Virus record (IMG/VR): IMGVR_UViG_3300021141_000006
Location: 2,936-66,935 of that record
DNA length: 64,000 nt
Origin: a virus
Direction: 5' to 3' (one strand)
Below the pieces are notes generated by a model. The model was not told the DNA's origin. It made no database searches and saw nothing but the letters and a program-made list of their open reading frames with translations. The translations under genes were made by a program, and so were the position numbers. Shown one piece after another: positions 57,696 through 64,000 of the stretch (positions within the stretch are counted from its first letter, which is position 1; each line of letters starts with the position of its first letter).

Positions 57696-57837
57696 GTCGT
57701 TAACTCCCCCAAAATTTCCCCCTAATCAAAAAATTTACACCCCCTTACAAAATTTTTTTTTCGCGCTGTATCCCTTATAAACACTAAGGTATAATGAAAT
57801 TTTATGTTGGTCATAAATAATTTTAATGAAAAAAGTT

Positions 57838-57868
57838 TTTGTTTATCCAAATAGTCGCCGTAGTATTG
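57838..57868 (+). promoter_or_regulatory. Putative early promoter TTTG-N19-TAGTATTG
   Basis: Bacteroidota -33/-7 spacing with one mismatch in -7; upstream of the first early gene. Confidence 0.55.
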
Positions 57869-57910
57869 CACCATCAAACAACGATAAACACACACACAAA
57901 CAACAGCAAC

Positions 57911-58141
57911 ATGAACACTAACATACGTATTGAGGTACATAACAACAAAGATAAGAGTGTAATAACATTTACAGATAGTCGTAAAATTAAACACTCACAG
58001 AAAGACACAACAAACGGCGCGAAGCGGGTTAGAATTGAAAACTACAAAGACATGGCATTGAACGCAGTTGTGCGCGTAATGCAAAAAAGTGACCGCGCAA
58101 ACAAACAACGCGAAGAGCGAAGAGCGAAGCGCAACAAGTAA
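57911..58141 (+). CDS. Basic early protein (76 aa)
   Basis: MNTNIRIEVH...; A/C-rich leader; ATG at 57911 preferred. Confidence 0.6.
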   Translation: MNTNIRIEVHNNKDKSVITFTDSRKIKHSQKDTTNGAKRVRIENYKDMALNAVVRVMQKSDRANKQREERRAKRNK

Positions 58142-58304
58142 GACATATTTACGCCCATGCGGGCAAAGTGGTGACCACACTATAAACGGACGGAAGCAAG
58201 ATAGGTGCATATACCTACGCGCTCATGCGCTTTGGTATAGGTCTATAGCTACGGCTATGGGTTTAGGTCTTAACGATGCTCAAACCTATAAATATTTTTC
58301 AATT

Positions 58305-58706
58305 ATGAACACAACAAAATTATCAATTGAATTCGTGCAAGGCGCGAATAAATTAAACGTTTCAAACGTGAAAATTAATTCAATCAACATTGGACAAATT
58401 GCGGAGACATTGGCGGGCAAAATTTTGACAGCGCGCTCAAATATGAAACGTTACGGCATGAGCATCAAAGGCTTTTCTTTTAACCGAAAGTTTGACGTGG
58501 TATTAAACATTGACGGGTGCGAAGCTGTGAACGTTTCCGACCTATTCGCGGGCTTATTCGATGCAAAAATAACTTTGCAAGCAAATGAGAATTCGTATAG
58601 ACGTTTTGCGAACATCTTGCACGACATGACCTTTTGCGCCATGACATCGGCAAAGAGTGACGTATTAGAATTGGGCGAAGTTAACGTACAAAAATTACTT
58701 GCATAA
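58305..58706 (+). CDS. Early hypothetical protein (133 aa)
   Basis: MNTTKLSIEF...; the upstream extension in the ORF track crosses a hairpin-rich region. Confidence 0.7.
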   Translation: MNTTKLSIEFVQGANKLNVSNVKINSINIGQIAETLAGKILTARSNMKRYGMSIKGFSFNRKFDVVLNIDGCEAVNVSDLFAGLFDAKITLQANENSYRRFANILHDMTFCAMTSAKSDVLELGEVNVQKLLA

Positions 58707-58708
58707 TC

Positions 58709-58798
58709 ATGACAACAGGCGAATTCATCTACCTATCTATGTTATTGAACATAGTGCTATTCATTAAGTATTTACAATATAGACCAAAGAACAAATGA
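58709..58798 (+). CDS. Micro membrane protein (29 aa)
   Basis: MTTGEFIYLSMLLNIVLFIKYLQYRPKNK*; ATGA coupling. Confidence 0.5.
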   Translation: MTTGEFIYLSMLLNIVLFIKYLQYRPKNK

Positions 58799-58968
58799 GA
58801 ACAAACATAGCTTTATTACTTGCCATTGTGGCAACATTGGCATTGGCTTTGACATCATGCAAGAGTACAAAGTACCATACTTGCGATGCGTACAAAGTGC
58901 AGTACAAACCATTGAAAGCTGAGAAGCACAAGAACCACCACCACAACCTTTGCGATGCTTACAATTAG
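58795..58968 (+). CDS. Small early lipoprotein (57 aa)
   Basis: Signal peptide with lipobox LTSC; two CDAY motifs. Confidence 0.65.
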   Translation: MRTNIALLLAIVATLALALTSCKSTKYHTCDAYKVQYKPLKAEKHKNHHHNLCDAYN

Positions 58969-59128
58969 TGCAGTATACAACGCATTCGAAACTTGGATAA
59001 GTGACGGAAATGCTGTGGAATCAAACGGCTATTGGTCAACGCAGGATGCGCAATGGCGCAACAAGATTGAGGGCAAACAAGAACTTTTTAAATACTTTCT
59101 AAAACAATTTTATTATGAGTTTATCTGA
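58955..59128 (+). CDS. Hypothetical protein (57 aa)
   Basis: MLTISAVYNAFETWISDGN...STQDAQWRN...; overlaps both neighbours. Confidence 0.6.
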   Translation: MLTISAVYNAFETWISDGNAVESNGYWSTQDAQWRNKIEGKQELFKYFLKQFYYEFI

Positions 59129-59303
59129 GGCATTAGTGCATCAGGGCTATGACCCTACGTACATTCACGAGATTATTGACGACATGAGAGACCGCGTGGT
59201 TATCTTATGCGAGTGGCCCGATGACGTGCTACTTGACTATGGGCTAGACCCGAACTTTATTTTCCAACTATTAAACATTAAGCAATGCAATTACCTGAAT
59301 TAA
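59115..59303 (+). CDS. Hypothetical acidic protein
   Basis: PDDVLLDYGLDPNFIFQL. Confidence 0.65.
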   Translation: MSLSEALVHQGYDPTYIHEIIDDMRDRVVILCEWPDDVLLDYGLDPNFIFQLLNIKQCNYLN

Positions 59304-59725
59304 GAATCAAGGTCGAGCGCAAAGATGGCGACGGCCAAGTATACCAAGTGAAGTCAAGCAATGATGCGGCGACATTCTTTCGCACAATATTCAACGCAGA
59401 CACAATGCTATGGACTGAGGAGAGTGCAATGATCTGTTTGAACCGAGCCAATGAGGTCATCGGCTACTTCAAAGTGAGCAGTGGTGGCACGGCATCAACA
59501 ATTATGGATGCAAAGGTCATCTTCACTCAGGCATTGCAGTCGGGCGCGCACTCAATCATCTTGGCGCACAATCATCCGAGCGGTAACCGAACGCCTAGTG
59601 ACAATGACATCAAGTTAACCAAGCAATTGGTGAAGGGTGCTGAGTTGCTTGACATGAGGGTACTTGACCACATTATACTAACTGAGACAAGCCACATGAG
59701 TATGGCTGATGAAAATTATATCTAA
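59285..59725 (+). CDS. radC: RadC-like JAB/MPN domain protein
   Basis: E...LNRAN.VIG, IILAHNHPSG..TPS.ND, LDHIIL; JAB domain only, no HhH. Confidence 0.88.
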   Translation: MQLPELRIKVERKDGDGQVYQVKSSNDAATFFRTIFNADTMLWTEESAMICLNRANEVIGYFKVSSGGTASTIMDAKVIFTQALQSGAHSIILAHNHPSGNRTPSDNDIKLTKQLVKGAELLDMRVLDHIILTETSHMSMADENYI

Positions 59726-59737
59726 AAACAAAACAAC

Positions 59738-60034
59738 ATGAGAAAAGTAACAAGTGAGGCTGTGTACGCATTTGAGAATGCGCGCAGATTTAAGAAAGGC
59801 AACATGAGCGTTGAGGTAATGCCGAACGTGACTGTGATGAAGTTGTATGGCAATGCAATTGCGTACCTATACAATGACCCTGAGCGCACGCTCTCAATCA
59901 CCAGTGCGGGTTGGTTTACTGACACAACAAAAGAGCGCCTGAACGGCATCAAAGGCGTGCATATACGCCAACACAAATGGGATTGGTATCTCAATGGTGA
60001 GGTATGGGATGGCAAATTAATTGACGTAAAATGA
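59738..60034 (+). CDS. Conserved early phage protein
   Basis: LYGNAIA...AGW.T.TTKERLNG...Q..W.WYL. Confidence 0.75.
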   Translation: MRKVTSEAVYAFENARRFKKGNMSVEVMPNVTVMKLYGNAIAYLYNDPERTLSITSAGWFTDTTKERLNGIKGVHIRQHKWDWYLNGEVWDGKLIDVK

Positions 60035-60243
60035 AAACATTTAAGATTGGAGAGTACTGCATGGGTGGTATCATCAAGGCTGACAACAAGAAAGGAGTAA
60101 TGCATATTCAAGTCATCAACGTAGGTACTAAAGAGGTGCTACGAGATTGGAAATGCACCGACCAAATGGAAGCATATGAGTATCTCGCTGAGGTGACTAC
60201 TCACTACTATGCAGATAAAGTATTAAACTATTTAATTAAATAA
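60031..60243 (+). CDS. Hypothetical protein
   Basis: KTFKIGEYC.GGII; ATGA coupling. Confidence 0.7.
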   Translation: MKTFKIGEYCMGGIIKADNKKGVMHIQVINVGTKEVLRDWKCTDQMEAYEYLAEVTTHYYADKVLNYLIK

Positions 60244-60245
60244 CT

Positions 60246-60605
60246 ATGGGACGATATTATTCAGGAGACATTGAGGGTAAGTTTTGGTTTGGATTGCAAG
60301 CAAGCGATGCGGCCGATAGGTTTGGGTCAATTGGTCAAGTGCCTGACTACCTAACATATTGGTTTGATGAAGACCACAGGCAACGCCTTGAGAGTGAATT
60401 AAAATCTATTGAGGGTGAGATGGGCACTCAACTTGAGTTATTCAATAAATTCTTTGAGAATAACACAACATATAGTGATGAGAAGATGGCAGGTGCAGGC
60501 CTTGACCTCAGCTTGTTCAGCGACTATGCGGACTACTTGTTGGGCAAGAAAATACTTGACTGTATTAATGAGCATGGCTCTTGCCATTTCTCAGCTGAAT
60601 TATAA
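60246..60605 (+). CDS. Conserved early phage protein
   Basis: MGRYYSGDIEGKFWFG.Q.SDAADRFG...C.F.AEL. Confidence 0.75.
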   Translation: MGRYYSGDIEGKFWFGLQASDAADRFGSIGQVPDYLTYWFDEDHRQRLESELKSIEGEMGTQLELFNKFFENNTTYSDEKMAGAGLDLSLFSDYADYLLGKKILDCINEHGSCHFSAEL

Positions 60606-60656
60606 TTAGGTTGGAGGGGTGCGACTCCGTTAACGCACACTTTTTATACTTTGGAT

Positions 60657-61328
60657 ATGAAACTATTAAGCAATGGGAAAAGCAATGCAAAGATTGCGAA
60701 GAATCCAATTAATTCCTACATCATGCACCTATCTCCTTACAAGGAGAATAGTCATGGCAAGAATGTGTGTGGGCATGCGAGTAATGGATGTGCTTCGGCC
60801 TGCTTAAACACAGCAGGTCGTGGTGCATTCTCAAATGTACGCAATGCAAGGATAAAGAAAACTGACTACTTATTTGACGACATGACTAGCTTCTTAGCTA
60901 CGTTATCAGGTGAGTTACGCAAGGCCAACAATAAACCAAGTGCTGTGCGCCTGAATGGTACGAGTGACCTTGACTTCATATCTTTACTACGTGCGAAGCT
61001 CGGAGTAGATGTCCTCACTGATATGCCGAACCTTAAGTTCTATGACTACACCAAGAACCTTAAGCGAGCGCTCAAGTATTTGGGCACTGACTACCATCTG
61101 ACCTTCTCACGATCTGAGAGTAATGATGCTGAGTGCTTGGAGTATTTGCGTGCCGGTGGGCAGGTAGCTGTGGTCTTTGACAAGTTACCTGAGACATGGC
61201 ATGGGTTCAATGTCATTGACGGAGATGATGATGACCTGAGGTACTTGGACATGGGCGGAGTAGTCATTGGACTCAAGGCTAAGGGCAAGGCAAAGAACGA
61301 CACGAGTGGGTTTGTAGTACGAACATGA
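60657..61328 (+). CDS. Gp88-like protein (Cys cluster, radical-SAM-like fold)
   Basis: C..AS.GC...CLNTAGRG, RLNGTSD, FYDYTK, YHLTFSRSE, DGD..DLR.LD, GLKAKG.A..D.SGFV. Confidence 0.8.
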   Translation: MKLLSNGKSNAKIAKNPINSYIMHLSPYKENSHGKNVCGHASNGCASACLNTAGRGAFSNVRNARIKKTDYLFDDMTSFLATLSGELRKANNKPSAVRLNGTSDLDFISLLRAKLGVDVLTDMPNLKFYDYTKNLKRALKYLGTDYHLTFSRSESNDAECLEYLRAGGQVAVVFDKLPETWHGFNVIDGDDDDLRYLDMGGVVIGLKAKGKAKNDTSGFVVRT

Positions 61329-61504
61329 GACTATATAGGATAAAGTGGTACGTCAACGGGGTGTTGACTGAGACCAAGGAGGAAGCCTATTGGGCTGACT
61401 CTGAATTGAAGGAGAGATACGACGGGCTCATCAATGGCATTAGTGACATTGTGGGCTACGAGTATGAGTTTATTAAACAAATTAAATTACCTAATCTATT
61501 ATGA
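61325..61504 (+). CDS. Hypothetical protein (59 aa)
   Basis: MRLYRIKWYVNG...; ATGA overlaps at both ends. Confidence 0.6.
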   Translation: MRLYRIKWYVNGVLTETKEEAYWADSELKERYDGLINGISDIVGYEYEFIKQIKLPNLL

Positions 61505-61818
61505 CAACACAAGAAAAAGTAATCAAATGGTTTTATCTCAAGGAGATACCAACAAGAGTAGATGATGGCGATATCAGCATCTATGTAGAGGGCTTATCAA
61601 TGAAGCTATCACCCTTTCAAGTTCAGTATATCGCCGAGGAGTATGACAAGATGTACGGCCCGAAGACTAACGCACGAGTCATTGAGGACATTGGCGATGC
61701 CATTGTCTACATCGAGGCATGCCTTGACCATTGGCATTATAACCCTGATGCCCTTAGAGAATACAAGGAGATGCTCAGAGGTTTAGGACAAGCAATTAAT
61801 TTAATTAAACAACTATGA
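61501..61818 (+). CDS. Hypothetical protein
   Basis: 105 aa, translationally coupled. Confidence 0.7.
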   Translation: MTTQEKVIKWFYLKEIPTRVDDGDISIYVEGLSMKLSPFQVQYIAEEYDKMYGPKTNARVIEDIGDAIVYIEACLDHWHYNPDALREYKEMLRGLGQAINLIKQL

Positions 61819-62093
61819 CAAAGTACGCAAGACGATGTGATGCAACAGGACGTGGTATGAATGAAGGCTACGTATGTGGCGATGGCGAGCTATACTTCGT
61901 TGAGGTAACAGACCTACTAATTCACCTCAGGACACTTGATTGGGTAGATGCTGATGGCAACCGTTCACTTGACATTGATGATGATGACGAGTTGCTTGAC
62001 TTCTTCTATAGAGAAGAGTACTACTACCACACTGAGTGGGATGAGTTAGACGACGTATACTATGACGCTGAAGGTCATGAATATGAATCCTAA
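61815..62093 (+). CDS. Acidic hypothetical protein
   Basis: ARRCDATGRGMNEGY...YYYHTEW. Confidence 0.7.
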   Translation: MTKYARRCDATGRGMNEGYVCGDGELYFVEVTDLLIHLRTLDWVDADGNRSLDIDDDDELLDFFYREEYYYHTEWDELDDVYYDAEGHEYES

Positions 62094-62096
62094 TCG

Positions 62097-62315
62097 ATGA
62101 TAGTGAACACTAAGAAAATGGTATTAGGTAGCCTAATGCTTGGCTATGTAGCAATCATTGCCACGCTTGGCTACCACCACACACACCAACCTCAGGTAGA
62201 GGCGGAGACATCCTATGATTACGTTCCATTGGATGAGAACTTCGAGAAGAATCAGAACGATATTATTAAATGGTATGCTAAAATAATTTACGAAAATGAC
62301 CAGAGAGCAAAATGA
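62097..62315 (+). CDS. Single-TM membrane protein
   Basis: N-terminal hydrophobic helix. Confidence 0.6.
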   Translation: MIVNTKKMVLGSLMLGYVAIIATLGYHHTHQPQVEAETSYDYVPLDENFEKNQNDIIKWYAKIIYENDQRAK

Positions 62316-62478
62316 TGAAGAGCGTAAGCTAAAAGTACAAGCACTAATTGATAGGATGTTGTACCTTAATGATGCTGACTATCAGGAGTTTATGAATAAA
62401 TATGAGAGCCTTGTAAATCAGTATGCACCCAACCAAGTTGAGGTTGATGGTGTGAAATATTTTCGCGCAACGTGTTGA
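62296..62478 (+). CDS. Hypothetical protein
   Basis: 60 aa, overlapping the upstream gene. Confidence 0.6.
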   Translation: MTREQNDEERKLKVQALIDRMLYLNDADYQEFMNKYESLVNQYAPNQVEVDGVKYFRATC

Positions 62479-62497
62479 TTATGTTGTTTGAATGTTG

Positions 62498-62505
62498 TAT
62501 ATTTG
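62498..62505 (+). promoter_or_regulatory. -7 element TATATTTG
   Basis: Intergenic, TTG about 21 bp upstream, A/T-rich leader to the ATG at 62533. Confidence 0.65.
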
Positions 62506-62532
62506 TTTTTTAAAATCTAATCTAATTTAATT

Positions 62533-62808
62533 ATGACAATGAGAGTTATCATCAAACATGATGAGGATGTTGTAGAACGTGCATACGGAATTGACTCCGA
62601 TGCATTCCCACAGAAGATGGGAAAACTAATCAAAAAATACCTTGACGGCCCTGACGACAAGATGAGCTCCTTAGGGGAGTACATCCAAGATGAGCTTGAC
62701 TACAATGAGATATTGTACTTGGCTCAGCAGGCTATCACCAACAAGCTAGACCAAATGCAATCCGACATGGAGCGCATGGATGAGTTAGCTAAAAGACTTG
62801 GGCTATGA
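62533..62808 (+). CDS. Hypothetical acidic protein
   Basis: 91 aa. Confidence 0.7.
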   Translation: MTMRVIIKHDEDVVERAYGIDSDAFPQKMGKLIKKYLDGPDDKMSSLGEYIQDELDYNEILYLAQQAITNKLDQMQSDMERMDELAKRLGL

Positions 62809-63203
62809 CAATTGACTTGAAGATTGATGTTTCTCGAGAGGTTCTCGAGAGCATCTTCATAACTGCAATGGAAGGTGGAAGTAACTATTGGTACTACATT
62901 GGAGAAGAAGCAGTTAGAGCAATCAACAATGTATCTCCTCGTGCATCAGGAATGGCATTCAGTGAGCGCTTGTTCACTGCGGTCTATGACTATGATGTTG
63001 AGGTTCCCATCCATGACATTGAGGACATTGATGGTGAGCCAATTGGTGTCATCAACAAAGAGACTTTCAAGGAAAGATTGGAGCGCTGCGCTAACGAGGG
63101 TGGTATGTGGGCCTTGCAGCAGGAGATTGACGAGCAGGGCGATGCTACTACAAGTGACGCTGTGTTTCAGTATTTAGCACTTAATGACTTAGTATATGGA
63201 TAG
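62805..63203 (+). CDS. Conserved acidic phage protein
   Basis: TAMEGGSNYW...DA..SD..FQ.....LVYG. Confidence 0.75.
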   Translation: MTIDLKIDVSREVLESIFITAMEGGSNYWYYIGEEAVRAINNVSPRASGMAFSERLFTAVYDYDVEVPIHDIEDIDGEPIGVINKETFKERLERCANEGGMWALQQEIDEQGDATTSDAVFQYLALNDLVYG

Positions 63204-63399
63204 AGATGTAAAGATTGAGGGAAAGTATCTGATTGATGCCAATACCTCTGAGACTGTTGGTCGTGTGATTGTACAAGATGGTGTGCAATATACTGTGCCA
63301 CTTGACTACAACCCTAAGTTCACTCAACGAGATGTGACTGTGGCCAAGACAATGGTGCACGAGGGATATTTGTACATCAGACTAAATGATATCATATGA
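63196..63399 (+). CDS. Hypothetical protein
   Basis: 67 aa, translationally coupled. Confidence 0.6.
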   Translation: MDRDVKIEGKYLIDANTSETVGRVIVQDGVQYTVPLDYNPKFTQRDVTVAKTMVHEGYLYIRLNDII

Positions 63400-63605
63400 G
63401 AAAGTATTTTTTAATTCCCTTATTGTGCTCTACGTATGTTACAATGTCACTACTCACGGGTAGTGTGCTATTCAATATATTAAAAGAGTGCTCAGGTATA
63501 TTTGACTACATCACTTATGGCTTTATATCATTCATATGGATAGGTCTTTTGCTTTTGGGTTGGATATTATTAATCAACTACATCAATGAAGACAGAAATA
63601 TTTAA
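63396..63605 (+). CDS. Membrane protein with two TM helices
   Basis: Two hydrophobic segments. Confidence 0.6.
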   Translation: MRKYFLIPLLCSTYVTMSLLTGSVLFNILKECSGIFDYITYGFISFIWIGLLLLGWILLINYINEDRNI

Positions 63606-63894
63606 CAAGTATGTTGACAGCATTTGTAAGCTGTTCGACATCGACAAAGAAGAATTGTTCAGCAAGAAGCGAACAGGAGTATTGGTTGATGCGCGTCAGT
63701 TGTTGTACTATATGTGTGTTGATAGACGTATGCAAATTACGACTATTCAAAAGCTCATGCGTGACAACGGCTACGACACCAACCATTCAACGATCATCAC
63801 GGGTGTCCGGTCCATGAGGGTCAAGATGCAAGATGATCCGGACTATAGAGTAGTAATTTATAAACTAAAAGACAATGCAGAAATCAGTATTTGA
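63586..63894 (+). CDS. DnaA domain IV-like HTH protein
   Basis: ELFSKKRT..LVDARQLLYY...NHSTII.G. Confidence 0.7.
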   Translation: MKTEIFNKYVDSICKLFDIDKEELFSKKRTGVLVDARQLLYYMCVDRRMQITTIQKLMRDNGYDTNHSTIITGVRSMRVKMQDDPDYRVVIYKLKDNAEISI

Positions 63895-64000
63895 GTCGCT
63901 AAATGCGATTAACGTCAACGACAAAGTTGAGAAGAAGAGTAACCTCACATACCTATCATGGGCATGGGCATGGGCTGAGGTCAAGAAGGTTCATCCTAGT
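63875..64000 (+). CDS. Sak3/DUF1071-like single-strand annealing protein, 3'-truncated
   Basis: FESLNAINVNDKVEKKSNLTYLSWAWAWAEVKK. Confidence 0.75.
   Translation, partial: MQKSVFESLNAINVNDKVEKKSNLTYLSWAWAWAEVKKVHPS

Noticed and set aside
60609-60646. tRNA (GGTGCGACTCC resembles a T-loop)
   Set aside because: Too short and no cloverleaf; better explained as a GTGCG/CGCAC hairpin with a T-run
1-64000. Stop-codon reassignment
   Set aside because: Long genes are intact under the standard code and TAA, TAG and TGA all end genes
1-64000. Prophage or host chromosome (because of groEL, groES and radC)
   Set aside because: No integrase, att site or housekeeping context; these genes are embedded among phage genes and groEL shares the phage's CCAG avoidance

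Overview
This window is a slice of a lytic tailed dsDNA phage genome, most likely a podovirus infecting Bacteroidota (inferred from many TAnnTTTG sigma-70 promoters, A-rich translation starts and a crAss/Cellulophaga-podovirus-like gene order). It uses the standard genetic code. + strand 1-7024: end of the replication module (primase-polymerase/SF3 helicase, SNF2-like helicase, VRR-NUC, DnaA-domain-IV-like HTH, PD-(D/E)xK nuclease). - strand 7021-57233: the late block, in transcription order GroEL/GroES, small basic proteins, two paralogous LamG-like proteins, a 2427-aa tail fibre, a lysis cassette, a second GroES-like protein, terminase, portal, scaffold, major capsid, ring and tail proteins, and three putative ejection proteins. 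57260-57900: a non-coding divergence region with eight 21-bp dyads, an alternating purine-pyrimidine tract and G/C tracts. + strand 57911-64000: small early genes (RadC/JAB, Gp88-like, lipoprotein, partial Sak3-like). The most striking observations are (1) a basic 'MPFKS' gene overprinted out of frame inside the giant ejection protein gene, (2) a 720-bp in-frame GNAT cassette bounded by perfect 20-bp direct repeats in that same gene, (3) the TTAnTGT-N7-ACAnTAA dyad array, (4) near-identical DNA anchors bracketing variable receptor-binding modules, (5) apparent CCAG/CTGG avoidance that breaks down in those modules, (6) two homologous origin-like AT-rich elements and (7) two short promoter-terminator units that may be sRNAs. 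All family assignments come from motifs read by eye; no searches were run.
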